Positions 1-10,362 of a stretch of 64,000 nucleotides of DNA are shown piece by piece (the stretch's first letter is position 1; every line of letters starts with the position of its first letter). Under the pieces are notes generated by a model, which did not search any database, was not told the origin of the DNA, and was given only the letters and a program-made list of their open reading frames with translations. Location of the stretch: assembly GCA_963785725.1 (NCBI GenBank), contig CAWAWS010000002.1, positions 96,001 to 160,000 on the forward strand, read 5' to 3'. The translations under genes and the position numbers were made by a program. Source of the DNA: an uncultured delta proteobacterium. Its GTDB lineage: Bacteria > Myxococcota_A > Polyangia > Palsa-1104.

Positions 1-781
1 TCGAGCGCCTCGGGAATGTCCGAGAACTTCGCGTTGAACTCGTCGGGCGGCTGAATGTAGTAGCTCGGCGTGCGGTGCTCGAGACGGCCGGGATCGTTCA
101 GCGTCTTGCCCTGCTGAATCGCCATCAAGATGTTGTGCGACTTCCAGTCCGCCTTGGTTGACGTAGTGACAATCGCCGGTGGCGACGAGGCCGAGGCCGG
201 TCTCGCGCGACATCTTGCGCCAGGAGTCGTTGACCTGCTCCTGCTCGTCGAGGCCGTTGGGCTGCACCTCGAGGTAAAAGCAGTTGTCCTCGAAGAGCGA
301 CTTGTACTCGAGCGCCTTCTCTTTGGCCTTCTCGTAGCCTTCGCGCATCAGCGTCTGCGCCACCTCGCCGCCGAGGCAGGCCGACAAGCCGATGAGGCCC
401 TTCGAGTGATCCTTCAATAGCTGCTTATCGATGCGCGGGTGGTAATAGAAGCCTTCGAGAAAGCCCATCGAGTTGAGATAGGTGAGGTTTTTATAACCCT
501 CCATATCTTTGGCCAACAGGATGAGGTGGTAGTTCTTGCGCTCGGTCTTGTCCTGCCGCGACGTCGCCGAGATATAGGTCTCGCAGCCGAAGATCGGCTT
601 TACGCCCGCGTCTTTGGCGCGTTTGTAGAAGTCGACCATGCCGTACATGTTGCCGTGATCGGTGAGCGCGACCGAGGTCCATGCCCATCGACTTGACCGT
701 CTTGAACAGGTCGGCCAGACGGATGGCGCCGTCGAGCAGCGAATATTGGCTGTGCAGGTGCAGGTGCGTGAACTCGGCCAT
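1..781 (-). CDS. dnaE: DNA polymerase III alpha subunit, N-terminal PHP domain (runs off window; two apparent +1 frameshifts near 678 and 155)
   Basis: MAEFTHLHLHSQYSLLDGA start. Removing one base at ~678 gives VALTDHGNMYG...KPIFGCETY...YHLILLAK...GFYYHPRID...GLSACLGGE. Removing one at ~155 gives DCHYVNKADWKSHNILMAIQ. These are classic DnaE PHP motifs. Confidence 0.93.
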
Positions 782-939
782 GCTCACCCATGTACATGCC
801 CGGGTTGTGGACATGCGCTGGCAAAATCGCCTGTGATGTAAATCGTCAGCTGCGGCGGCAGATTATGAGCGAGCGTTCGCGTTTGACCACAGCGTAATGC
901 ACAGATTCTCAACAGCCCCGTTCGTGGTACCTTCTGGCC

Positions 940-2619
940 GTGACTTCGTGGCGTCTCGCGCCCCTGTTGATGGTGGCGCTGGCCGGCTGCGGCGGCAGTA
1001 AGTCGTCGCCCGTCGACGGCGGGCCGCCGTTGGCGCTCGACGTCTGGCCGCCCGACGGCGCCGGCGCGCAGCTCGGCTTGGCCTACGGCGCCGTCGACAA
1101 GCTGCAGGTGCGCTATCACACGGCCGATGACGCGTCCAAGCCGATCGCCGGCGCGGTCGTGCACTACTCGATCTTCATGGATCCCGCGGGCTCGACGCTG
1201 ACGTCGGATCACGGCGTGACCGATGACAACGGCATCGCCACGGTGACGTTGACGGCGGGCCAGGCCGAAGCCTCCTTCGTCGTCGCGGCGACGGCCACGA
1301 ACGCGGCCGAGGTCGATTTCGGCATCACCGTATCCAAGCTGGCGTTCGTGGAGCTCGACGTGCAGCTGGCCTGGTCGGGCACGGCCGCCGATACGACGCT
1401 GCGCGCGCAGCTGTACACGACGTCCAGCTGCGCCACGCTCTTGCCGACGCTGCCGACGCTGCCGATGGCGCTGCGCTCGATCGTGCAAGTGGGCTCGAAC
1501 GCGACGACGCTGAAGTTCATCAAGCTGGCGTCGGAGAGCTACGCGGTCGCGGCCAGCGCCGAGGACAAAGTGTCGGGACAGCTCGTCGGCTACGCCTGCG
1601 TCGACGTGGGCGCGGGCTTGGTGCCGCCGGGCACGACGTCGACGCTGCCGTTGACGCTGGCGCCGGTCGTGGCGTCGCCGCTCGGCAGCTATACGCTGAC
1701 GTCGCAGCTGACGCCGACGGCGGCGCGCGTCGCGGCGGTGCTGGCGCCGTGGAAGCCGCTCGGCTGCACGACGAACGCGGCGCAGCTGCTGCTCGACGCC
1801 ATCGAGGCGACCTCGCCGGCGCTGGCGACGCAGCTCGAGGCGCACCGCTCGCCCGCCGGCGCCGACGGCTGCCGGCCGACGACGAGCGCGCTCGACGGCC
1901 CGCTGCAGGCGCTCCTGACGACGCCGTCGGCGAGCGTCAAAGACCCGCCGGCGCTGCATCTCGGCGACATCTACGCCGACCTGCAGTCGATCGTCGGCGC
2001 GGCCACGCTGACGTCGACGCTGGCGGTGACCGCGGCGGGCGCGAGCAGCTTCGCCGCCGAGCACACGCTCGGGTCGCTGGCGCTGGCCGTCAACGCGCAG
2101 AGCCAGTCGTACGACCTCGTGCACTTGGGTGAGCCGATCATCGACGTCGCCAACATCCCGCTCGGCTATGACGGCACGACGCTGATGCTGGGCGAGCATG
2201 GCTTTACGCTCGGCTGGCCGGTCCTGTGGCTGCAAGGGCTGTCCGACCTGTCGATCGCCGTGCGCGTGCCGGCGCTGGCGACCGCGACGGCGCCGCTGTC
2301 GCCGACGGTGCCGCAGCTCATCGACGCCACCGTGGCCGCCGCCATGCGCAACGGCAAGAGCGACTGCGCCGCCGTCAGCGATCTCGTCTGCAGCATCGTC
2401 GGCGGCAGCTGCGACGTCACCGCCGCCTGCACGAGCGCCAAGAGCGCCATCGCCGCCGGCTTGGTCGCGCCGCTGGCGCCCGAGAGCGGCATCGACCTCG
2501 ACTGGACCGGCAGCGCCACCGTCGCCGCCGGCAGCGACTTGACGGTCGCGACGATCGGCGGCGGCGTGTGGATGTCCTCGTCGCTGGCCAGCGGCACCTT
2601 CACGGGAAAGCGCAACTGA
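940..2619 (+). CDS. Hypothetical lipoprotein with Ig-like (Big_1-type) N-terminal domain
   Basis: Signal peptide with lipobox LAG-C; TDDNGIATVTLTAG Ig-like motif; high GC3 codon bias; paired Cys. Confidence 0.75.
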   Translation: MTSWRLAPLLMVALAGCGGSKSSPVDGGPPLALDVWPPDGAGAQLGLAYGAVDKLQVRYHTADDASKPIAGAVVHYSIFMDPAGSTLTSDHGVTDDNGIATVTLTAGQAEASFVVAATATNAAEVDFGITVSKLAFVELDVQLAWSGTAADTTLRAQLYTTSSCATLLPTLPTLPMALRSIVQVGSNATTLKFIKLASESYAVAASAEDKVSGQLVGYACVDVGAGLVPPGTTSTLPLTLAPVVASPLGSYTLTSQLTPTAARVAAVLAPWKPLGCTTNAAQLLLDAIEATSPALATQLEAHRSPAGADGCRPTTSALDGPLQALLTTPSASVKDPPALHLGDIYADLQSIVGAATLTSTLAVTAAGASSFAAEHTLGSLALAVNAQSQSYDLVHLGEPIIDVANIPLGYDGTTLMLGEHGFTLGWPVLWLQGLSDLSIAVRVPALATATAPLSPTVPQLIDATVAAAMRNGKSDCAAVSDLVCSIVGGSCDVTAACTSAKSAIAAGLVAPLAPESGIDLDWTGSATVAAGSDLTVATIGGGVWMSSSLASGTFTGKRN

Positions 2620-3005
2620 TGGGCCACCCGACGCTCGACAATACCGGTCCGGCGCCGGTCATCGACGAGGACGATCAGCGCCCAGGCCCGGAAAAGCGGC
2701 GCCATCGACGCGTCGAAGTGGGCGTGCGCTGCTGGCTGACGAACGATCGCCACACCGTCTATTTGCGCTTGCACGATCTGTCGCTCGGCGGCCTGTCGGT
2801 GCGCGCGCACCTGCCGTTCATGCCGTCCGGCCGCGTCGACGTCGGCCTCGAGCTGCCGGGCGGCCGCAAAGTGCGCGCGCGCGGCGAGATCGTCTGGGTG
2901 CGCACGCACGACGGGGCGACGGCGGCGCCGGGCCCGCTCATGGGCGCGCGCTTCGTCGAGTTTACCGAAGGTGAGTCGGACCTGAATTCGCTGCTGGACG
3001 CTTAG
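2619..3005 (+). CDS. Stand-alone PilZ domain protein
   Basis: ATG overlaps upstream TGA (TGATG); EKRRHRR (RxxxR), DLSLGG (DxSxxG), GEIVWVR...MGARF. Confidence 0.85.
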   Translation: MGHPTLDNTGPAPVIDEDDQRPGPEKRRHRRVEVGVRCWLTNDRHTVYLRLHDLSLGGLSVRAHLPFMPSGRVDVGLELPGGRKVRARGEIVWVRTHDGATAAPGPLMGARFVEFTEGESDLNSLLDA

Positions 3006-5167
3006 AACTTGAAGGTGAGACCGGCGCGACCGTAGACCTGCGGATCCTGCGCCGGGAAGATCGAGGAGAACTTCGCCGTCAACGCCTGGCGCTGACCGAC
3101 GGGATCGCCTTCGAAGAGCAAGAAGATGTTCACGTTCTCCGTCACCGCGATCTCGAGCACCGCCTGCAGCATGAAGCGGCCACCGACGAAGCGCGTGCGC
3201 GGATCCTGCGACACGTTGGCCACGCTGGCCGGCGCCGGCAGCATCGCGCCGTTGGCGCCGGCCATGCCGTCGCGCGCTTTGCAGGCGTTCATCTCGTTGT
3301 GATAGGTGCTCGAGTCGCCGACGTCTTTGTCCTGCGCGCTGGCGTCGGCGCTGATGTCGCCGTAGGTCGGGCAGTTCTTGTCGCTGTAGACCTGCAAGTA
3401 CGGATGCGCCGTGAAGCGGACGATGTCGCCGAAGAGGAGCGAGATCGGCAGGCCGAGCTCGAAGATGAAGTCGTTGCGATGGGTGGGGCCGCCGCCGCCG
3501 CCGATGAAGGTGTCGACGCCGATGGCGACCGGGCCCGCCTGCACGAACTGCAGCTTGGCGTGCGCGCCGCCTTCGGTGAAGTAGCCGATCGTGCGCAGCT
3601 CGATGCCGGCGTCCATGCCGATCCAGTTCCAGCGAAACGCGCCGACGGTGAGGCGAATCTGACCGAAGGGCACGAAGCCGCCGGCGATGTCGGCCGTGAA
3701 GCGCGCCGGGTCGATGGCGACGGCGGAGAACGACGACATGCCGCGCATGCGCCGCGCCAGCTCTTCGCGCGAGTGGCCGTGATGCAGCGGCGCCAGGTCG
3801 GCGGCCAGGATCTTCTGCTCGCCGCCGTCGATGTGGAACGGCTGCTTGGCGTCGGAGAAGCCGGGCTGGCGCACCTCGATGAAGTGCTCGCCCGCCGGCA
3901 CGTTGTCCAGCTGCAGCGGCGTCTTGCCGACGATCTGTCCGTCGAGCATGACGGTGGCGCCGGCGACGTTGGACAAGATCTTGATCGATCCCGACGAGTT
4001 GAGCTCGGCCGACAGCGTCGTCGGCTGCGTGGGATCGAGGTCGACCTCGCGCTTCCACTCGGCGTAGCCGCGCGCGCGCACGCTGACGAAGTGCTTACCG
4101 GGCGCCATGTCGTTGTGATCGAACGGCGCCGGACCGGCCGACGCGCCGTCGATGAAGACCTCGGCGTTCGGCACCGGCGTCACGACGCGCAGCCGCGCCA
4201 TCTGCGGCACCGCCGGCTGCGCCGTCATGTCGGCGCGCACGACGCGCTGCTCGCCGGCGGCAATCGTGACGTCGAGCGGCTGCGGCGCGAAGCCTTTGGC
4301 ATGCACCTCGACGATGTGCTGCCCCGCCGGCACGTTCGGGATCGAGCTGTTGACGTTGCCCGCCAGCTGGCCGTCGATCCACACTTCGGCGCCGGGCTGG
4401 GCCGAGATGACGCGCAACGTGCCCGTCGGCGGCGCCGCCGGCGTCAGCTGCGCCTGCACTTTGAGCTGCTGGCTGCCGACGACGGTCACCACCTGCTTCC
4501 ACGACAGCGGATCCTTGCGCACCTCGACGTTGTGCTGCCCTTCGGTCAGGTCGCTCACCAAGGCCGGCGTCGTGTCGCGCTTCTGCCCGTCGACGTAGAC
4601 ATCGGCGCCCGGCACGTCCGACGTCACCAAGAGCGCGCCCTTCTTCACCGCCTGCTGCAGGTCGATCACCATCTGCCGCTGATCGCCTTCGCCGACGTCG
4701 GCCGTGTCGCTGTAGTCGTTGAACCCGGGCTTCGAAATCTTGATGGCGTGCTTGCCGGCCGACACCTCCACGCGCGCCGGCACGTTGCCGACCGGCGCGC
4801 CGTCGACGAACAGCTGCGCGCCGGTGGCCGCGTCGTTGCCGCTCGACGCGCGCACGTCGAGCACCGCCGGCCGCGCCTGCCGATCGAGCGTGAAGATGAA
4901 CCCTTCGGAGCGCGTCACCGTGATCGGCTTTTCGATCGTGCGAAAGCCGGGCAGCTCCAAGATGATCTTGTACGTGCCGCGCGGCAGCCGAATCGTCGCC
5001 GGCGTGTAGCCTTTGATGCCGGCCTCTTTGGCGTCGATGTAGATCGCCGCCTGCTGTGGCTGCGAGTCGATCTTGATGCGCATCTTGTGCGGCGACTGCG
5101 CGGCGGCGACTCCGCTCACGAGCATGACTAGGAAGGCGATAGGCGTCAGGCGAATCGGAGCTCGCAT
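3002..5167 (-). CDS. Secreted multi-PEGA domain protein with probable C-terminal outer-membrane beta-barrel
   Basis: Signal peptide MRAPIRLTPIAFLVMLVSGVAAA; about six repeats of S.P.GA.V.[IV]DG...TP...G.H.[VI].V...G[FY]; amphipathic strands ending AGLTFKF. Confidence 0.82.
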   Translation of the reverse strand: MRAPIRLTPIAFLVMLVSGVAAAQSPHKMRIKIDSQPQQAAIYIDAKEAGIKGYTPATIRLPRGTYKIILELPGFRTIEKPITVTRSEGFIFTLDRQARPAVLDVRASSGNDAATGAQLFVDGAPVGNVPARVEVSAGKHAIKISKPGFNDYSDTADVGEGDQRQMVIDLQQAVKKGALLVTSDVPGADVYVDGQKRDTTPALVSDLTEGQHNVEVRKDPLSWKQVVTVVGSQQLKVQAQLTPAAPPTGTLRVISAQPGAEVWIDGQLAGNVNSSIPNVPAGQHIVEVHAKGFAPQPLDVTIAAGEQRVVRADMTAQPAVPQMARLRVVTPVPNAEVFIDGASAGPAPFDHNDMAPGKHFVSVRARGYAEWKREVDLDPTQPTTLSAELNSSGSIKILSNVAGATVMLDGQIVGKTPLQLDNVPAGEHFIEVRQPGFSDAKQPFHIDGGEQKILAADLAPLHHGHSREELARRMRGMSSFSAVAIDPARFTADIAGGFVPFGQIRLTVGAFRWNWIGMDAGIELRTIGYFTEGGAHAKLQFVQAGPVAIGVDTFIGGGGGPTHRNDFIFELGLPISLLFGDIVRFTAHPYLQVYSDKNCPTYGDISADASAQDKDVGDSSTYHNEMNACKARDGMAGANGAMLPAPASVANVSQDPRTRFVGGRFMLQAVLEIAVTENVNIFLLFEGDPVGQRQALTAKFSSIFPAQDPQVYGRAGLTFKF

Positions 5168-5199
5168 GGGGCGAGCGTAGCCGACGGTGACGGTGAAGA

Positions 5200-6987
5200 T
5201 CAACCGGCGGTCGTAGCCGTGGTCGAGCGGCGCGCATGGCCGACCCAGCGCACGACCGAGGCGACGATGATGACCGCGGTACAGCCCATGAGCGAAATCG
5301 AGAGGCCGGCGTCGAGCCAGCCGGCGAAGGTGTGCAGCTTCAGGTAGTTGTTTACCGTCGACAAATAGGCGGCGGTGAGCGTCGTCGTGGCGATGAAGAC
5401 GAGCGGAATGACCGTGATGGGGGCGTAGCGCGCTTTGCCGGTGTTGATGAGCATCGTCGTGCCGACGCACAAGGCCGTCGTCGCCAGGAGCTGGTTGGCG
5501 ATGCCGAGCAGCGGCCACAAGGTCGAGATCGATCCCGTGCGCAGAAAGCCGCCCCAGCCGATGACCACGAGCGCCGAGGCGATGAGCGTGCCCGGCTGCC
5601 AATCGTGCCTTAAGAAGCGCGGCTCGACTTTACCGAGCAGCTCCTGCAGCAAGAAGCGGGCGACGCGCGTGCCGGCGTCGACGGTGGTCAAGATGAAGAC
5701 GGCCTCGAACATGACGATGAAGTGGTACCAATAGGCCAGCAGCGTCTTCATGCCGGGCAGGCCGCTGAAGATCTTGGCGATGCCGACGGCGAGCGAGACC
5801 GAGCCGGCGGTGCGACCGCGCAGATCCTCGCCGATGGCCTGCATCATCGCGTCGAGATCGACCGTCTGCAGGTGCATGAGCGCGAACTTGGCGGGCGAGA
5901 CGTTGATGGCGAAGTAGTCGGCTTTGTAGAGCGAGGCGGCGGCGATGAGCGACGTGACGCCGACCAAGCCCTCGACGAGCATGGCGCCGTAGCCGATGGC
6001 GCGCGCGTCCGACTCCTTGTCGATCATCTTGGGCGTCGTGCCCGAGGCGATGAGCGAGTGAAAGCCGGAGATGGCGCCGCAGGCGATGGTAATGAATACG
6101 AATGGGAATACTTTGCCGGGGATGATGGGACCTTTGCCGTGCACGAACTCGGTGACGGCGTCCATCTTCAGCTCGGGGTTCACGATCATGATGCCGACGA
6201 TGACGATGGCCAGCGTCCCCAATTTCATATAGGCCGACAAGTAATCGCGCGGCACGAGCAAGAGCCAAACCGGCAATACCGACGCCGCAAAACCGTATAT
6301 GCAAATCAGGTAAATCAACGAGTTTTGTGAATACTTGAAATAGTGCGCGAAGTCGGAGGCGGCGACGAAGCGGCCGCCCCACACGGCGACGAAGAGGCCG
6401 ATGACGCCGAGGATGGTGGCGTTGCGGATGGCGCCGTGGCCTTTGCCGCGCATGCCGAGGCCCATGACGAAGGCGATGGGGATGGTCATGCCGATGGTGA
6501 AGGTGGCCCACGCCGACTCGGCCAGGATGTTGACGACGGCGAAGCCCATGGCGGCGATGGCGACGATGACGGTGAAGAAGATGGCGATGGCGGCGACCGT
6601 GCCGGCGGCCGGGCTGATCTCCTCGCGCGCGATCTCGGCGAGCGACTTGCCGTCGCGGCGAATGGAGGCGGTCAGGATGACGAAGTCGTGCACGGCGCCG
6701 CCGAGCGTGACGCCGACGAGGATCCACAGAAGGCCGGGCAGGAAGCCGAACTGCGTCGCCAACACCGGGCCGATGAGCGGGCCGGCGCCGGTGATGGCCG
6801 CGAAGTGGTGGCCGAAGAGCACCCACTTGTTGGTGGCGACGAAGTCTTTGCCATCGGCGAGGCGATGGGCCGGCGTCGGTCGCGCGTCGTCGAGCGCCAG
6901 CACCTTGGCCGCGATGAACGCGGAGTAGAAGCGGTAGGCGATGGTCAGCACGCACAGCGTGACCACCATGATGGGCAGGGCGTGCAT
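5200..6987 (-). CDS. cstA: Carbon starvation protein A (peptide/pyruvate transporter)
   Basis: [62 protein letters not shown]; many TM helices. Confidence 0.95.
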   Translation of the reverse strand: MHALPIMVVTLCVLTIAYRFYSAFIAAKVLALDDARPTPAHRLADGKDFVATNKWVLFGHHFAAITGAGPLIGPVLATQFGFLPGLLWILVGVTLGGAVHDFVILTASIRRDGKSLAEIAREEISPAAGTVAAIAIFFTVIVAIAAMGFAVVNILAESAWATFTIGMTIPIAFVMGLGMRGKGHGAIRNATILGVIGLFVAVWGGRFVAASDFAHYFKYSQNSLIYLICIYGFAASVLPVWLLLVPRDYLSAYMKLGTLAIVIVGIMIVNPELKMDAVTEFVHGKGPIIPGKVFPFVFITIACGAISGFHSLIASGTTPKMIDKESDARAIGYGAMLVEGLVGVTSLIAAASLYKADYFAINVSPAKFALMHLQTVDLDAMMQAIGEDLRGRTAGSVSLAVGIAKIFSGLPGMKTLLAYWYHFIVMFEAVFILTTVDAGTRVARFLLQELLGKVEPRFLRHDWQPGTLIASALVVIGWGGFLRTGSISTLWPLLGIANQLLATTALCVGTTMLINTGKARYAPITVIPLVFIATTTLTAAYLSTVNNYLKLHTFAGWLDAGLSISLMGCTAVIIVASVVRWVGHARRSTTATTAG

Positions 6988-7078
6988 GCGCGGGTTGTAA
7001 CACGAGGCCTCGTTGGGTTGCGATCAAGTCAACGAGGCGCCACACGGACGTCACGCTGGCGATGGTACGCGGCTGTTC

Positions 7079-8701
7079 ATGCGTCGATACGCGATGGCGA
7101 GCGCCCTCTTCGTCTGCGCCGGCTGGGTCACGGCCGGCTGCGGCGATCATCATGCGAGCGGCGGCGGCGCTGATCTGGCGACGGGCGCGGGCGGCAACGG
7201 CGGCGTCGACCTGGCGCTCGCGAACGGTGGCGACATGCCCGCGCCGGCTGCCGATGACATGAGCGTCGCCGACGACATGACGGCGCCCGTCGGACCCGGC
7301 GACGACATGACGCCGCCGGTCGCCGGTCCCGACATGACGCCGCTCGCGAGCCCCGACATGACGACGAGCGGCAGCGGCGCCATCGCCTGCCCCTACACGA
7401 CCACTACCGACGGGCAAGCGCACCTCCTGGCGACCTTCGTGCTGCCGCCGACCTCGATGAAGCTGATGGACACCTATCTGACCGACGCCCAGCTCGCGGA
7501 CGCGCTCACCAACGGCGCGTTGACGGTCACCGCGCCCAGCCTCGGCTCGGGGCTCGATTACGGCGGCGGCTGCCCGGGCACGTTCTTCGGTATCGGCGAT
7601 CGCGGCATCAACGGCGACAGCAACCAGACCAACGGCGTCAGCTTCCCGCTGCCCGCGTATACGCCGATGATCGCGACCTTCGACGCCAACGAGGACGCGA
7701 GCCTGGCCATCGACAGCGTCATCGATCTCGCCGACAGCGCCGGCACGCCCGCCACCGGCATCTGCAACGACACCAACGACGAAGTGCCCTACCTGACGGC
7801 GACGAGCACGACGCCGCTGCCGTACGACCAAGACGGCCTCGATCCCGAAGACGTCCGCAAGCTGCCGAGCGGCGACTTCCTCATCAGCGAAGAATACGCG
7901 ACCAGCATCGCGCTCATCGACGGCAAGACGGGCGCCGTCAAAGTGCGCTACACGCCGGCGAGCGAGGTCTTGCCGGCGGCGACATATCCGATCGCGCCCA
8001 TTTTGCCGGCGATTTACGCCAGCCGCCGGCTCAATAAAGGCTTCGAAGGGCTCGCCGTCACGCCCGACGGCCACACCGCCTACGCGATCCTGCAGACGCC
8101 GATGGGCGACGACTCGACGACCGAGTTCGCCGCCAGCTTGGTCAACCGCATCTTGCGCATCGATCACGTCGACGACCCGGCCAATGCCGTCGCGTCGGCC
8201 GAGTACATCGTCTTGCATCAGGCGGTGGCGACTGCGTTCCCGGCGCAGAAGACGAAGCAGAACAAAGTGTTCTTCAACTCGGCGACCTGGCTCGCCAACG
8301 ACAAGCTGCTCGTGCTCGAGCGCGCCAGCGGCAACAAAGCGCCGGAAACGGGACGGCTCTACCTCGTCGTCGTCGACGTGAGCGCGGCGACGAACATGCT
8401 GGCCGCGCCGGTGCCGGCGTACGAGTCGACGCTGTCGCCCGAGAGCCTCGCCAGCGGCAAAGGCTACGCCGCGCTCGGCATCACGCCGGCCGCGACGAGC
8501 TACGTCTTCGACAGCGACACGACGCCCGGCTTCATCACGACGCCGACCAACGGCTTGGTCTCGCCCGACAAGCTCGAGGGCCTCGCCATCATCAACAGCT
8601 CGACCGTCGCCATCGCCAACGACAACGACTTCGGCATCACCAACGCGAGCGACCCGTCGCGGCTGTGGATCCTGAAGCTCGCGCAGCCCTTGCCGCAATA
8701 A
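7079..8701 (+). CDS. Lipoprotein, esterase-like activity of phytase family (beta-propeller)
   Basis: Lipobox TAG-C; GDRG, GLDPEDV, ISEEY, RRLNKGFEGLA, LVLER, DKLEGLA, ANDNDFG motifs. Confidence 0.85.
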   Translation: MRRYAMASALFVCAGWVTAGCGDHHASGGGADLATGAGGNGGVDLALANGGDMPAPAADDMSVADDMTAPVGPGDDMTPPVAGPDMTPLASPDMTTSGSGAIACPYTTTTDGQAHLLATFVLPPTSMKLMDTYLTDAQLADALTNGALTVTAPSLGSGLDYGGGCPGTFFGIGDRGINGDSNQTNGVSFPLPAYTPMIATFDANEDASLAIDSVIDLADSAGTPATGICNDTNDEVPYLTATSTTPLPYDQDGLDPEDVRKLPSGDFLISEEYATSIALIDGKTGAVKVRYTPASEVLPAATYPIAPILPAIYASRRLNKGFEGLAVTPDGHTAYAILQTPMGDDSTTEFAASLVNRILRIDHVDDPANAVASAEYIVLHQAVATAFPAQKTKQNKVFFNSATWLANDKLLVLERASGNKAPETGRLYLVVVDVSAATNMLAAPVPAYESTLSPESLASGKGYAALGITPAATSYVFDSDTTPGFITTPTNGLVSPDKLEGLAIINSSTVAIANDNDFGITNASDPSRLWILKLAQPLPQ

Positions 8702-8764
8702 CTGCTACTCCGCTGGACGCGCCCGGCCACTTGCGAGCGGCGGCGCGTCCAGCGGTATTCCCTT

Positions 8765-10300
8765 TTAGACCGGCAACACCGCGCGCTTGCGCGGATACCG
8801 CGCCAGCCGCTTGCCGCGCGACGCCTCCAGCCGCCGCAACAGCTCCTCGCGCAGCTGATCGCCGACGATGATGCCGTCGATGTGCAGATCCGCCGCCAGC
8901 TTGTACAAGTCGACGTCCTGCCGATACTGCTCGCGCAGCTGCTCGACGAACGCCGGCCGCTCCGCTTCCGGCTTCTCTTGGATCTTGTTGTAGTACACCG
9001 CGTTCACCGCCGCTTCCGGCCCCATGACCGCGATCGACGCCTGCGGCAGCGCCAACGTCGCGTCGGGCTCGAAGCCGGGACCGCACATCGCGTAGAGGCC
9101 GGCGCCGTAGGCCTTGCGCAAGACCACGCAGAACTTGGGCACGCTGGCGTCGGCGACGGCGGAGATCATCTTGGCGCCGTGGCGAATGATGCCTTGGCGC
9201 TCGACCGCTTTGCCGATCATGAAGCCGGGCACGTCGGCCAAGAACACCAGCGGAATCTCGAACGCGTCGCACAGCCAGATGAAGCGCGCCGCCTTGTCCG
9301 CCGAGTCGACGAAGAGCACGCCGCCCTTCCACTTCGGCTGCGACGCCACGATGCCGACGACCTCGCCGTTCATCCGCGCGAAGCCGGTCACGAGCTCGCG
9401 CGCGAACAGCTTCTTGAGCTCGAAGAACGAGCCTTCGTCGACGATCGTCTCGATGACGTCGACGATGTTGAAGGCCTGGTTGTGATTGGCCGGCATGATC
9501 TCGTCGATGCGCTTGCCGGCGCGCGGCGCTTTGGGCGCGATGGCCTGCGGCTTCTCGCCCGCGCGCTGCGGCAGATACGCCAGATACGCGCGCGCCTTGT
9601 CGATGACCTCGAGCTCCGTCTTCGCCAACAGGTCGCCGCAGCCGGAGACCTCGCAGTGCATGCGCGCGCCGCCCATCTCCTCGAGCGTCACCTTCTCGCC
9701 GATGACCATCTCGGCCATGCGCGGCGAGCCGAGGTACATGGACGCGTTCTTCTCGACCATGAACACGACGTCGCAGAACGCCGGAATGTACGCGCCGCCC
9801 GCCGCCGACGGCCCGAACAAGAGGCAAATCTGCGGAATCGCGCCCGACAGATGCACCTGGTTGTTGAAGATGCGACCGGCGTGGCGACGCCCGGGAAACA
9901 TGTCGAGCTGATCGGTGATGCGCGCGCCCGCCGAGTCGACGAGGTAGATGAGCGGCACGCCGAGCCGCCCCGCCTGCTCCTGAATGCGCACGATCTTCTC
10001 GACGGTGCGCGCGCCCCACGAGCCGGCTTTGACGGTCGAGTCGTTGGCCATGACGGCGACGGTGCGGCCGTGAATCTTGCCCAATCCCGTGACGACGCCG
10101 TCGGCCGGCAGATCGGCCGCGCCGTTGTTCGCGAGCAGCCCGTCCTCGACGAAGTCGCGCCCGTCGTCGTCGAACAGGCGGCGCAAGCGCTCGCGCACGA
10201 ACAGCTTGCCCTCCTCGCGATTCTTGGCCTGATACTTCTCGGCGCCGCCGCGCTTGACCTGCTCGACGAGCGCTGCCAATTCCTCGGGCTTATGGGGCAT
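8765..10300 (-). CDS. Acyl-CoA carboxylase carboxyltransferase (beta) subunit, methylcrotonyl-CoA carboxylase-like
   Basis: DSAGARI, GPSAAGGAYIP, LEEMGGARMH, DVPGFMIG, RKAYGAG, VMGPEAA. Confidence 0.93.
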   Translation of the reverse strand: MPHKPEELAALVEQVKRGGAEKYQAKNREEGKLFVRERLRRLFDDDGRDFVEDGLLANNGAADLPADGVVTGLGKIHGRTVAVMANDSTVKAGSWGARTVEKIVRIQEQAGRLGVPLIYLVDSAGARITDQLDMFPGRRHAGRIFNNQVHLSGAIPQICLLFGPSAAGGAYIPAFCDVVFMVEKNASMYLGSPRMAEMVIGEKVTLEEMGGARMHCEVSGCGDLLAKTELEVIDKARAYLAYLPQRAGEKPQAIAPKAPRAGKRIDEIMPANHNQAFNIVDVIETIVDEGSFFELKKLFARELVTGFARMNGEVVGIVASQPKWKGGVLFVDSADKAARFIWLCDAFEIPLVFLADVPGFMIGKAVERQGIIRHGAKMISAVADASVPKFCVVLRKAYGAGLYAMCGPGFEPDATLALPQASIAVMGPEAAVNAVYYNKIQEKPEAERPAFVEQLREQYRQDVDLYKLAADLHIDGIIVGDQLREELLRRLEASRGKRLARYPRKRAVLPV

Positions 10301-10362
10301 GGGCCGCTTTTGTAGCCGCCGCTGGCACGCGCGTCAAATGCCGAAGTCGATGACGCGGGCGG

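Noticed and set aside
1..781. dnaE pseudogene or programmed frameshifting
   Set aside because: Essential gene with perfectly conserved motifs, no slippery sequence, and the same lesion type as elsewhere in the window.
5630..8698. Long antisense or alternate-frame ORFs (e.g. 1022 aa here, 29118-31754, 61957-63918)
   Set aside because: Arg/Ala-rich shadow ORFs expected at ~70% GC, overlapping well-supported genes and lacking motifs.
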